Assembly (NCBI RefSeq): GCF_006345805.1
Contig: NC_043014.1
Span: forward strand, 43,710,001-43,774,000
Direction of reading: 5' to 3'
DNA: 64,000 nucleotides
Source of the DNA: Octopus sinensis
Lineage: Eukaryota
In this document: piece after piece, positions 1 to 12,960 of the stretch
How the letters are laid out: each line of letters starts with the position of its first letter
How positions within the stretch are numbered: position 1 is the first letter of the stretch
Program-made: the position numbers and the translations under genes
The notes under the pieces: generated by a model
What the model saw: only the letters and a program-made list of their open reading frames with translations
What the model was told of the DNA's origin: nothing
Database searches by the model: none

Positions 1-591
1 ATTACTGTACTAAGGAGGAATAAAAGGGAAGATGTTAATCTAAACCCATCTGTAATTTGATTCGAAGTTTGAACACGAAGCACTGTTCCTTCTATTTCTC
101 ACAGTATGTTGATCCATGACATGTAGAGATATTGCACATTGATAAATGAGTAATGGAATAGCCCACTACGTTGAAGAAGGTAGCAACAGGTTGGTCAGGT
201 ATATGTGGTGGTGTGTTTTGGATGTGCTCATGGAGGTGATCAACAAGGAGATGGCCTGTATTCTCAGTGTAATCTGCGCTGTGAAGTTTACAGCTAATGC
301 AGTATATAAGATTAGAAAATGTGTACCAGAAGTTTTGACTAATATGGTACTGTGTCTTAGCCCTGGAAATGATGTAATGTTTTCAATATAGGGTCAAATA
401 TTGTATCATTGCAAGCACATTTAACCTGATCATATCTGACCCTTATATTCTTCATGTTTTATGTTCAAACTGGCCATATTCAGCCACTCGCAGTTCCCTA
501 CAATGTCATACTAAAAATAAACTAGCACATTATCAAAATCTCAATGTGAAAAGATAATGAGTTATTCAAAACAATGTGAACAAATAATGGA

Positions 592-985
592 CCTGTAGGA
601 GTGGCTGTGTGGTAAGTAGCTTGCTTACCAACCACATGGTTCCAGGTTCAGTCCCACTGCATGGCATCTTGGGCAAGTGTCTTCTACTATAGCCTCGGGC
701 CGACCAAACCATTGTGAGTGGATTAGGTAGACGGAAACTGAAAGAAGCCTGTCGTGTATATGTATATATATGTATGTGTGTGTGTCTGTTTGTTCTCCCA
801 ACATCGCTTGACAACCGATGCTGGTGTGTTAACGTCCCTGTAACTTAGTGGTTCGGCAAAAGAGACCGATAGAATAAGTACTAGGCTTACAAAGAATAAA
901 TCCTGGGATCGATTTGCTTGACTAAAGGCAGTGCTACAGCATGGCCACAGTCAAATGACTGAAACAAGTAAAAGAGTAAGAGACA
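592..985 (+). mobile_element. S1 tRNA-derived SINE (inserted in a piggyBac-B MITE remnant at 420-590)
   Basis: Head GGAGTGGCTGTGTGGTAAG (A box) and GGTTCAGTCCC (B-box-like), core CTTGGGCAAGTGTCTTCTACTATAGCC, internal (TA)n(TG)n, 3' GACTGAAACAAGTAAAAGAG tail. Confidence 0.9.
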
Positions 986-1844
986 GAACATGAATGATAA
1001 AGCGTCAAAAGTGCCTTGTCTGTGGCTCAGTGAAATGTGGCAGAATCATTAGAGTGCCAGAAAAAAATGCTTTGTGGCATCTTTACTTTCTGAGTTCAAA
1101 TACTGCCAAGGTCAACTTTGTATTTCAATCCTTCAAGGGTCGGTAAAATATTATGATTATCCTGGGCATCGGGGAAAACTGATATTCCCCTGAAGTAAAT
1201 AAAAACGTCTAAAATGAAACCAAGAGTACCGCTGACAGAGTATTGTATGTTCAATTACAAAACACTCCTCAGCGTTAATTAACTTTGTATTTCAGCTTCT
1301 GCAGTTTATACATTAAGTTCTTTCAGCATGCTGTTGATATCATCGTTAGTCATTATTAATAAAGCAAAAAACGATATGTGTGTACATACATACACACATG
1401 CAGGCACACACACACACATGGTGTGAAAAAAAAAATGGATAAGATTTTGTAAATAATGTTTCTTTTATTCACAGCTCTTGCAAAAATGTTTACATAGATA
1501 TAGTTTGTGTATATAAACATGTGATTTATGAGTTGGCGTCAGAGGATTTTCTGACATGCGGTACTTCAATATCTTCCTGTATATTGTTCAGTTGCAGTCC
1601 AAATGTTTACCTTACGTCCTGTCTTCAATAAAATAAAGTGCAAGTCAAGTAGTACTCTGTTGAAATTTATCTACTACTTAGACTTCTCTAAAAATTGTGC
1701 CCTCGTGTACTTATGTTAGAAACCATAAAAGCACCAGTTGAGCACCGCAGTTGATGTTTTTGATTTACTTACCCCTCTCACTAAATTTGCAAGCCTCGTG
1801 TCAAAATTTGAAATTATTAGGTGATGAGCGGGTATAATCATTAC

Positions 1845-2099
1845 CAGGGAGTCGGAAACGATTAAAGGGTATCTAGAGTCGTAGTCGGAGTCGGTTATAC
1901 TATACCAACTCCAACTCACAATATCTTTATTCTTTAATATAAACCAGTTATAACATATGGGCCTACTCAAAGTACAAGTGTATGCATATGCTTTATGAGA
2001 TATGTAGACCACAAGCACGTAATTATATAAGGAGGAATTGGAGTCGGAGGTGCCAATAGTACAGGAGTCAAAGTTTTTTATTTCGACTCTACAATCCTG
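1845..2099. mobile_element. hAT-type MITE
   Basis: Perfect 8-bp TSD ATCATTAC (1837-1844 and 2100-2107), CAGG...CCTG termini and subterminal GGAGTCGG repeats. Confidence 0.8.
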
Positions 2100-2627
2100 A
2101 TCATTACCATACCAAACTACCTACTAGCATTTACTTATAGCTCTATACATTCTGAGTTCAAATTCCACCAAAGTCTATTTTGTCTTTTGTCCTTTTTGAG
2201 TACCAGCTGAGTGCTGGGGTCGATCCAGTACCGGACAAGGAATCTGGATTATTTTTCCAGTTTTTTAAACTTAATTTTTGAGAGTGGTCAGGTTCATTTT
2301 TTGTTTTCTCGGTTGTTAGAGCAGTTGAGTTTATTTCAGATATTCTCATTTTAAAAATCATCTCTGGCTAATCGTTGAGAGGACATTGGTGTTGCCTTGG
2401 CAGAGGTTTGCACTCTCTGTGAGCTAGTAGAATCACTAGCATGCTGGGCAAAATGCTTAGCTATATTTCATCCGTTTTTTTTGTTATGAGTTCAAATTCC
2501 ACTGAGGTCAACTTTACCTTTTATCCTTTTAGGGTTGAAGAAATAATTACCAGTGAAACACTGGGGTTGATGTAATTGTCTAGTCCCTTCTCACAAAATT
2601 TCAGGCCTTGCACCCATTGAAGAAAGG

Positions 2628-2659
<32 letters not shown>

Positions 2660-2660
<1 letters not shown>

Positions 2661-3217
2661 GTGTGAGAGAGCAGTGCATGCCATCAAAGTGACACTGGGG
2701 TAAAATATACAAAGTCCAGTATACCCATTATGACTACCCGTCTGATAAGGGTACACTAGGCACATGCATCACAACTATATGTGTGCGACATGGTGATCTC
2801 ATATAAAGATAAACAGCATATGACCTTGTAGGTGGGGCCCCAATTAGAATGTTCTTCTGGTTGAGTAACCCATCTCGCTCAAAAGGTCCCTGAATAAGGG
2901 TTGTTTAAGGAGGTTGAATGAAACACCCATGTTTCCAGAGGTGAATTATCCAAGCCCTAAAGAATCCCTCTCAACACATGGCTATGAAGCTCCCCCCACT
3001 ACTTCTGCTCGTGATCAGAGATGCACATATCGTCAGCCACTAAGGGACATGCTCAACTGGTTATGGTCAAACAACTGACAAGCAAATCTGTGGTATTGAG
3101 CAGAATATTTGCTGTAGCCCATCTTTTATACCAAGACAAAACAATGTACATGATAACACTTCCAATCAGTTAAGATCAGAAACCACGAGAGCCTCTGTCT
3201 GGTACTGCATCAGGGCT
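2660..3217 (-). mobile_element. Non-coding retroelement fragment embedded in (TTA)n, possibly an R4/Dong-type 3' end
   Basis: A ~560-bp unique block with (TTA)n on both sides. The family assignment is inferred only from the (TAA)n target. Confidence 0.4.
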
Positions 3218-3306
3218 TATTATTATCATTATTATCATTATTATTATTATTATTATATTATTATTATTATCATTATTATTATATTATTATATTATTATTA
3301 TTATTA

Positions 3307-3355
<49 letters not shown>

Positions 3356-3368
3356 ATTATTATTATCA

Positions 3369-3446
<78 letters not shown>
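3217..3446. repeat. (TTA)n microsatellite
   Basis: Read directly from the sequence. Confidence 0.97.
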
Positions 3447-3448
<2 letters not shown>

Positions 3449-3924
3449 CAAACAAGAAATGAAAAACAAAAACTTTCCAGGCTTTATGTAATTCTTAGTT
3501 GTATGAGAGATTATATTATTATTTACAGAAAGAATGAAAAACAAAAAACAAAACAAAAAAAAACAAAAACAAAAAAGCAACAAGAATAATACAAAATGCC
3601 AGCAGAGAAGAAGAAGAAATACAATAACAAAAAAAATAAAAGGAAACCAACAACAAAAACAACAACAACAATAACAAAACCCCTCCCCTCAAAATTGTTT
3701 GAGACATGTTAAATCAAGCTTACACTTATTACTTACTGCTGCTCATGTTCTTTTCTGACATCGCGTCCCCTGGGATATGCAGGCTTTTCGTTTTTAATCA
3801 GTAACAACTCATAAATTACATCATGTACATAACACAAAACATATCTTTCGCTAGAGCTGCAAATAAAGGAAACATTATTATTTTCAAAAAAAAAAAAAAA
3901 ACCCCAGAAAAAATGGCTGCTACT

Positions 3925-4055
3925 GTTGTTGTTTTTGTTGTTGTTGTTGTTGTTGTTGTGGTGGTGGTGGTGGTGGTGGTGGTGATGGCGGAGGTAGTGG
4001 CAGTAGTATTATCATCATTATTATTATTATTATTTCTTTATTACTATTATTATTA

Positions 4056-4106
<51 letters not shown>

Positions 4107-4194
4107 CATCATCATTATTTCTATTATTATTATTATTATTATTATTATTCTATGTTTGACTTTTGCTTTATATTTGTACAAGTTGGCTCCAAGT

Positions 4195-4247
<53 letters not shown>

Positions 4248-4360
4248 TATTATTATTATTATTATTATTATCATTATTTCTATTTTTATTATTATTATTA
4301 TTATTTTTTTCTATTATTATTTCTATTATTACTATTACTATCATTATTATTATTTCTATG

Positions 4361-4402
<42 letters not shown>

Positions 4403-4420
4403 GTTATTGTTATTATTACC
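3925..4420. repeat. (GTT)n/(GGT)n/(TTA)n compound microsatellite
   Basis: Read directly; the source of the poly-Ile/Tyr/Leu ORFs. Confidence 0.95.
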
Positions 4421-4555
4421 TTCCATGCTTTATTTGTCTCTTCTTTTGCACACTTTTCCTTGTTAATAATTGCAAAAACAAAAGTGTTGTGCCTAATGTA
4501 CTTCACCCTATGGGCAGTTTGTTGTTATTGCTGTTGTGTGTGTATGTATACATAC

Positions 4556-4616
<61 letters not shown>

Positions 4617-5578
4617 TACACACATGTGAAGGAATGGAATATGAAAATGAAATGTGAGCAAAAGAAGAGCTGTTAATATCGACTCCAAATGGATTCTTAC
4701 ACCCCGTGCAATATTAAAGGAGACGACATGAAAAAAAAATAAAACAAAAACAAAAAACCCCCCAAAAAATGAAACAAAATATAGCTGTAGAAGTGTGAAT
4801 CAAATGACATAAATCAGTCAATGCAGGAACTGCGAGAAGCATCTTGATGTTCTTTGTTGTTTGTTTGCCTTTGTTTTTTTTTTTAAGTTTTATGTTTTCA
4901 TTTTTTTTTTGTCTTGTTTTTCCTTTTAAAAGATTTACTTGACGACATAATGGGAAAAAGTTTGAATTTTACAGTAAATAATAAGAGCGAATAAATATAT
5001 GTGTGTGTGTCTGTGTGTTTGTCTGCGTGTGATGGGGGAAGTAGTGTTTGAACGAAGTTAAGTGAGCTATCTAGTTTTTTTTTTTTTTTTTTTTTTTTTG
5101 TAATAGCAGCACTCTGGTGTGTTTGATAACGATTTAAATCTGAGAAGAAGATAGATATGAAAGTAGGAGGTAAGAAAACTGGATAGAGGACTCACAGTCG
5201 GAAAATGATAAAAAAAACAACTTTTTTTTAAATCAGTGGCAACTGTAGAAACGGTACCCGGTATTTGCAAACCTGTTCCAAAACCTGTATCAATGTAATC
5301 CTTTCTACTATAGGCACAAAACCTGAAATTGTATGGCAAGGGGCTAGTCAATTACTTAGACTCTTGTTTGTAACTTGCACATATTAGGCGCAGGAGTGGC
5401 TGTGTGGTAAGTAGCGGCAAGTCACATTGCTTGGGGGACCTGACAAGGAGAATTGTTGTAAATCTATGTGCTGTCCTTGTGGCAGGATGAATGAAATAAG
5501 GTGGCTTGTAAGAGGTTTTAGTGCCTCCTTCTTGTCAGAGGTTTGAAACCTCATATTGATTTTTAGAAAAAAGAAAAT

Positions 5579-5754
5579 AGGCACAGGAGTGGCTGTGTGG
5601 TAAGTAGCTTGCTAACCAACCACATCGTTCCGGGTTCAATCCCACTGCGTTGCACCTTGGGCAAGTGTCTTCTACCATAGCCTCGGGCCGACCAAAACCT
5701 TGTGAGTGGATTTGGCAGACGGAAACTGAAAAGAAGCCCGTCGTATATATATAT

Positions 5755-5796
<42 letters not shown>

Positions 5797-6006
5797 TGTG
5801 TGTGTTTGCGTGTCTGTGTTTGTCCCCCTAGCATTGTTTGACAACTGATGGTGGTGTGTTTATGTCCCCGTTACTTAGCGGTTCGGCAAAAGAGACCGAT
5901 AGAATAAGTACTGGGCTTACAAAAGAATAAGTCCCAGGGTCGAGTTGCTCGACTAAAGGCGGTGCTCCAGCATGGCCGCAGTCAAATGACTGAAACAAGT
6001 AAAAGA
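5579..6006 (+). mobile_element. S1 SINE
   Basis: Full-length match to the other copies. Confidence 0.9.
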
Positions 6007-7466
6007 ATATGTTTTCGAGAAAAATCCAATCGGCGGGTGTTGGGTTTCTTCTCTCATTTATTCATTTTATTTCATTTTCATTCATTAATGTGTTTGTCCA
6101 GCCCGCAAAGCTACACAATCTATGTACTGTCTATATGACAAATTTTATGAAATAAAGTGGCTTGCTTACCAATCACATGGTTCTGGGTTCAGTCCCACTG
6201 CGTCGCACCTGCGACTATGTGGCTGCAAAGTGAGATTCTTAACCACACAACCATGCCTGCACTGTGGGATTGAAACTGCAATCATGTGGCTGCAAAGGGA
6301 GCTTCTTAACCACACAGCCATGCCGGCACCTGGTGCTGAGAAAAAAATATTGTCATGCTGACGATGATGTTCTTTCTCCTCAGCAAATACATTTCTTATT
6401 TTTTGATTAAAAGTTTGAACAAGCAAGAAATCTTGAAAGATGCTGGAAGCCAAACTATTTACTCAAATCTCACATTGAACGTTGATGTTATTGTAGAAAA
6501 TATTTTACTAGCAACATCAAAAAACTGGAAGTCAACAGACTAATGATTTGTGTCTTCCATCTTTCATAATATACTAAGATATCATTATTCATTGCACTCT
6601 GTTTCAGCACATCTTGTTGTGATTTAGCCAACCTGGTTTAACCCTTTAGCATTTAAGCCACCCATATCTGGCCCAAATATTCTACCTATTTTATGTTCAT
6701 ACTTTTCACTATGCATCCACCATCGCCACCACCACCATCATCATATCTCTCTCTCTCTCTCTCTAATCTCGCCATCAGAACATCACCCCTCTGCTAAAAT
6801 TATATTCCTAACTCTCCTCTATATCACTACCTTCAACTAACTTTTTTAACCACATAATAAATATTACATTCCACTTACCACAGGTCGTGGGTGCTTCTCT
6901 CTCTGTCTTTTTTCTCTTTTTCTTTCTCTTTCTGCCTCTTTGCCTTATCCTCTTTTTCTCTCTCCTTTTTCTTTCTCTGTTCTCTCTTTTCCTTCAACTA
7001 ATCATGTGAAAGCATTACAGTTATGTTCCCATTACCTTATGACATGGACGCTTCTCTCACCCACTTTTTCTCTCTCCCTCTTTTCTTTCTCCTCACATAA
7101 AAGTATTACTGATGGGCTAAGTAACATGATGACAAGCAGAATTATTATAAGACTCTCATCGTTTTGTATTAATTTTGCATTATCTCATAGCTTCAGCTTT
7201 GAGATTTCAGTGATGTGATTGTTTAGTTTTAGAGTGACATTGTAGGGAAGGTGAGACAGCCTGGATCTGTCTGGTTTGAACATAAAACACAGAGAATATT
7301 TGAGCTGGATTTGGCCACTTCAAATGCTAAAAGACTGAAAGCAGTGTGACCGATCACCCATTGCTGGATACTTCTGATCATAAAAGACCAAGTAATTGAC
7401 TCGACTATCTGACAGCAGATATGATGGAGTGCTGAAAAATTCTTGCTTTAACCGTACTACGAAACG

Positions 7467-7776
7467 TGGGGGGAACAAACACAGATACACAACATATACA
7501 CAAGCCCGTCGTATATATGTATGTATATATATATATATATATATTATATACATATATATATATACATATATATATATACACATATATATACATATATATA
7601 TATACATATATACGACAGGCTTCTTTCAGTTTCCGTCTACCAAATCCACTCACAAGGCTTTGGTCGATCTGAGGCTATAGTAGAAGACACTTGCCCAAGG
7701 TGCCACGCAGTGGGATCGAACCCGGAACCATGTGGTTGGTAAGCAAACTACTTACCACACAGCCACTCCTCTGCCT
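7467..7776 (-). mobile_element. S1 SINE, 3'-truncated
   Basis: Reverse complement of head, core and microsatellite. Confidence 0.88.
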
Positions 7777-7925
7777 ATATGTGTCATTATATTCAATTTT
7801 ATCTTGGTTCATCCGTCCTAGAACAATCATGTACGTACCAGTGGTCAATGACACCTGTCTCTTACAAAAATTATCCTTGAGATTCTAATTATTCCAGACG
7901 ATTAACCATCATCTTTAGATGGAAG

Positions 7926-8114
7926 ATGAAACTTTTTATTCAGTGTTTTTTATTAATATTTACATCTACCACTTCATTTCATTCCAGAGATCAAACCAAT
8001 CAAATCTATAGTGTGGATGTAGATATTAATATAAAACGTTTCATCTCTAATGATGGAATTAATCATCTGAAAAATTACATTATTAATGACAAACAACATT
8101 TCAACCATTTAAAG
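7926..8114 (+). CDS. Candidate first coding exon with signal-peptide-like N-terminus (unassigned)
   Basis: MKLFIQCFLLIFTSTTSFHS.. in non-repetitive DNA, with upstream acceptor TTATTCCAG and possible donor AAG|GTTGTT. No homolog recognised. Confidence 0.3.
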
Positions 8115-8137
8115 GTTGTTTTCTTAAGTATTTCAAA

Positions 8138-8168
<31 letters not shown>

Positions 8169-9144
8169 GTCATTTATTTAGTATTTATTAATTAATCCTC
8201 GTAAACTATATCTGCTGTTATCACATTGAACTCTCTCCTACAATCATCCTGTTTCGGAAATATATCTAATGTAGGCACAAGCATGGCTGTGCGGTAAAAA
8301 GTTGGCTTCCCAACCACATGGTTCCAGGTTCAAATCCCACTGTGTGGCACCTTCAGGGCAAGTGTCTTCTATTACAGCCTTGGGCTGACCGAAGCATTGT
8401 GAGTAGATCTGGTGGACAGAAATTGACAGGAAGGCAGTGAGTTGGCAGAAACGTTAGCACACTGGGCGAAATGCTTAGCAGTATTTTATCTGCCGTTACA
8501 TTCTGAGTTTCTAATTCCGCCGAAGTCGACTTTGCCTTTCATCTATTCAGGGTCAATAAATTAAGTACCAGTTATGCACTGGGGTCGATGTAATCAACAT
8601 ATCGTCATCATATAAGAGAGAGATTTTGGCTGATTTTTCTAGCATGTTGAAATGATCGCATAGGGGATCCCTCATAAGCTGAGTGTGTTGTTTGTAATGT
8701 CTGTTGTGAATAAGTTTTGTTTGTTGCATTTTATTTTTTTCATGTTAGCCTGTATTGGAAGGGACCATAATTGGGAGACCATTTCCCTCATCAACCCTAC
8801 ACCTTTCTACCAAATAGCTGTTTATTCAACTGGTCTTCAAAAGCTCTGTATGGTCTGTTGTAACATCAGCAAGAAATATAAGCATCATATCACCATTTCA
8901 GTTAGACAAGAACAAGTGAAGCTGTGAAATGCCAATATTTGTGAACACACACACACATGCATTGCATATGCATATGTGCATACACTTACACATGAATACA
9001 TGTGCACTCACACATACACTAGGCTTCCATGCAGTGTCTGTTGACTGATTCCACTGCAAATAAATACTTTAAACAGCAACAAGAACAGCAATATATTGCA
9101 TTGGTCACATGTTACTAATTGTCTACAATATCTGACAAGGCGTG

Positions 9145-9510
9145 GCCCTGTTATAAGAAGCTTGCTTCCCAACCACATGGTTCCAGGTTCAGTCCCACTG
9201 CATGACACCTTGGGCAAAGTATCTTCTAAAGCCTCAGGCCAACCAAAGTCTTGTGAGTGGATCTGGTAGACGGAAACTGAAAGAAGCCCATTGTATATAT
9301 ATGTATATGTGTGTGTGTGTGTGGGGGGGGTGTATGTCTGTCTGTATCCCCCTCAATCACCACTTGACAACTGGTGTTGGTGTGTTTACATCCCTGTAAC
9401 CTAGTTGTTCAGCAAATGAGCTCTTGGGTCAATTTGTTCGACTAAAATCCTTCAAGGCAGTGCTCCAGCATGGCTGCAGTCAAATGACTGAACCAAATAA
9501 AAGAATAAAG
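9145..9510 (+). mobile_element. S1 SINE, diverged
   Basis: Same modules as the other copies, with more mismatches. Confidence 0.8.
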
Positions 9511-9937
9511 GGACATCTAGCCGTTAGAATATATAATGAAGACACTTGCCCAATGTTTTCTGTGCACTGGGATTGATCCTAAAACCATGTGATTGGGAAG
9601 TGAGCTTGCTAATCACCCACCCTTCCCCTGCGCTTGTATATATGTGTGACATGGTCTTAGAAATCTTACTGTGTCTGCCTGATATGATTATTTGTGCGGT
9701 GTGTGTGTGTGTGTGCATGTGTGTGCGCATGTGTCTATCTGTGTGTGTCTATGATATTACTGCTTATGTATTATATTTATGTATCTATAATCTCACTTTG
9801 CATGCCCTGATACTCCTTTATTCATGATATTGTTGTATAATGTGATATTGGTATGTGTTTATGGGTATTATTATGTTTGCTTGATATCGTCATCACCATC
9901 ACCATCACCATCATCATCATCAATATTATTATCATCA

Positions 9938-9996
<59 letters not shown>

Positions 9997-11704
9997 TTAT
10001 ATCTGTGATAAGCATTGTGTGTTCCTGATATTAGCATTATATATACTCTATGAAACACTGTCTATTGATATTTGTCAACTTTGGCCAATTCTTATTCATC
10101 TAAACCAAAGTTCACAGAAATACAGACTTAAAAATACCTTCATTGTTTGTGGTATTTATACACTAAATAAAGAGCTCCACCTTTCAAAAGAAATTGATTG
10201 TAACCCATTGACACCTGTGTAACGATGACAGGGTAAATAACCAGGTTTAAATATTAATAGTTTCTGCATTTTATTCCGATGGAAATGGAATTTATTATGG
10301 TATAAGTATAAAAGATCTGAGACCGACAAAATCATTGCTCCTTATATATGACTGCGATACAAGCTACTTACCATTGTTATTACTTTTATTTCATGCATTA
10401 CCTTATTTCGTTTTAGAAATAATAGTTTTTCGGAGCTGCTAGTGCCAGGGGTGGGGGGTGGGGATATGGAAGACCAAAAAAAAAAAGAAAGAATTTTTTT
10501 TGTTTTTTTGTTTTTGTGAATAATGGGCAAGACATTTGCAAACTTATTTCATGTAATGGAAATAAGAAAATAAAAAAAAAATACCCCTTTGAAGTTTTTC
10601 TTTTTTAAATTCATTTTATCTGTCCTTTCTCCCTTGTTCTGCATAGTAATATAATATATATATATATATATATTATATTCTGTCTATTACTAACCAATAT
10701 AATGCAGCGACCACCTCTACAGATGCAATAACAGTTATTACTTAACTTTTAGCTCTTAACACTTCTTTCTGCTTTTGACATACTCCCTCAGTGGCCGTTA
10801 TCATTGTGTTTTATTGTGTTATTCTTGACACCCATCTGCTCTTCAAAGATCATCAACAAAGTTAAAAACTGTGATCTATGAGCCAAAGAGAAACAAAAAC
10901 CAAAATACCTCCCCGCCTCCCAATCCTAAAAAAAAAACAAAAAATAACAAAACATGCACAACAAAGAAAAATATCAAAAACGTCGGGGTGTGTCCGGCTT
11001 CTATGGACATGAAAGAATCAAATCATCTGCAGGAATTTTTATTGCATAATAATAGTAATAGATGCTTAACATAAAACTGTCCGTTGTCCACAAAGATATA
11101 CAGGCTGGCTTTCCTTTCCAGTTTGCGTTCAATATTTTTTACTAATCACCTTCTTGTGATATTCCTGTACCATTGGTGACAGCTGAAGCAGAACACAGAA
11201 AAACCTGGTGTACCATTTGGCTAAGTAGATGAATAAAACTGTAGAATAATAATCAAGTAATTAAGGATGCGAGAGACCAACATATTATACAACCTTAATT
11301 AACTGTTCTTTTATAGTTTGGTAGTGCCAATAGGTTCTTAACTGACATGTAATCAGAAACCATTTTCAATTGATGTGACTTCTAAACACCATTCATTGGC
11401 ATGGAACTTGGAATTTTTGTTTTTCCTTTCTTTTTTTTTTTTTTTGTTTTTCTTTCTGTTTTTTTTTTTTTTTTGCTTAAAATTCCTGTTGTAAATGATC
11501 AAGGTCTATTCTGAAATAGTTGAAATCAGATCTAGATTTGAAGAAATTAAGAGAAATTCTTCATATATAAAAGGACTAAACCATTAAGATTATAATTCTC
11601 CAAGCTGTTAGCTTCATCTTTTTGCATTTCAATCAGTTTGAGTTCTAATTGCCATGAGGTGCTTCGTTGTTTTGTTTTGTTTTGTTTTCTCTGAACTCTG
11701 TGCA

Positions 11705-12140
11705 TATGTACATGCAGTTAAGAAACTCACCTTGCAACCACGTGGTTTTGAGTTCAGTCCCACAGCATGGCACCGTGGGCAAGTGTCTTCTACTATAGCC
11801 TCGGGTCGACCAAAGCCTTGTGAGTGGATTTGGTAGACGGAAACTGAAAGAAGCCCGTCATATATATGTATATATATATATATGTATATATGTGTGTATA
11901 TATATATATATAGGTGTGTGTGTGTGTGTATTTTTGTGTGTCTGTGTTTGTCCCACCAACGTTGCTTGACAACCGATGTTGGTGTGTTTACGTTCCCGTA
12001 ACTTAGCGGTTTGGCATAAGAGACTGATAGAATAAGTACTAGGCTTACAAAGAATAAGTCCTGGGGTCGATTTGCTCGTATAAAAGGTGGTGCTCCAGCA
12101 TGGCCACAGTCAAATGACTGAAACAAGTAAAAGAGTAAGT
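11705..12140 (+). mobile_element. S1 SINE
   Basis: Head, core, microsatellite and tail all present. Confidence 0.88.
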
Positions 12141-12401
12141 TACAATCTTTCTTTAACATTTCGTGCTAATTTATGTCCCAAATGCTTGCTTAACCCTCTA
12201 GCATTCAGATTATTTTGTCAAATGTAAAGCTTATGGATTAACACCATTTTAAATTAATCCTGCTTCATTTTATGGCTTTGACATTTCAGTGATGTGATTG
12301 TTTATTTTTAAAATGACACTAGGGTAGCTACGAAAGACCATATCTGACCAGTTTGAAGATAAAACAGATATAAATATTTTGGCCAGATATGACTGATTTA
12401 A

Positions 12402-12621
12402 CCCTTTCGTTACTGTATTTATTTTGAGATGTTCCGTGTTTCTTTCAATTACTTTAAATATAACAAAGAATTTGGTAAAATAACTTAGTTATCATTCAGC
12501 TAGTGTCAGAAACATAAATTGTGACAAAGGTTTGGTGGAAGATTTTAATTCAAAACTTTTGAAAACGAAACATTTGTACTAAGAGCCAGAGCCAGTTTCA
12601 GCTGGATTGGTAACGAAAGGG
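12402..12621. mobile_element. piggyBac-type MITE A
   Basis: TTAA|CCCTTTCGTTAC...GTAACGAAAGGG. Confidence 0.8.
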
Positions 12622-12797
12622 TCAATAACTATAGTTATTTTACTAAATTCCTCACTATTTTCAAATTTAATTGAAACAAACATAATATATTTCAACAGAA
12701 ATATGGTAACAAAAGCCTTGATATGTTTACCATAGCAGCCATTACTGTTCACGTTTATCATCACAGCCATTAACAGTTAACATGTTTATGACAGTGT

Positions 12798-12960
12798 CAT
12801 GGTCATCATGGCAACTATTACCATTAACATGTTCATCACCACAACCATTTCTTTTAACATGTTCATCACTACTGCCATTAGTACCATCATGTTCATCTTT
12901 ACTGCTGTTAGTTTTACCATGTTCATAATCACAGTTTTTGCCATCATTATGTTCATTGTG
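12798..12960. repeat. Diverged 30-bp minisatellite
   Basis: (C/T)ATG(T/G)TCAT at 12798, 12828, 12858, 12888, 12918 and 12948. Confidence 0.75.

Noticed and set aside
146-391. 81-aa ORF with a faint resemblance to RT motifs
   Set aside because: No YADD/QG motifs in register, and frames on both strands are similarly open.
566-814. Recurrent ORFs containing SFRLPNPLT / MPKVPRSGTEPGTMWL
   Set aside because: Chance reading frames of the S1 SINE, found at every copy.
3823-4657. Long ORFs (up to 268 aa) of poly-Ile/Val/Tyr/Leu/Asn
   Set aside because: They are translations of (TTA)n/(GTT)n microsatellites, open in several frames on both strands.
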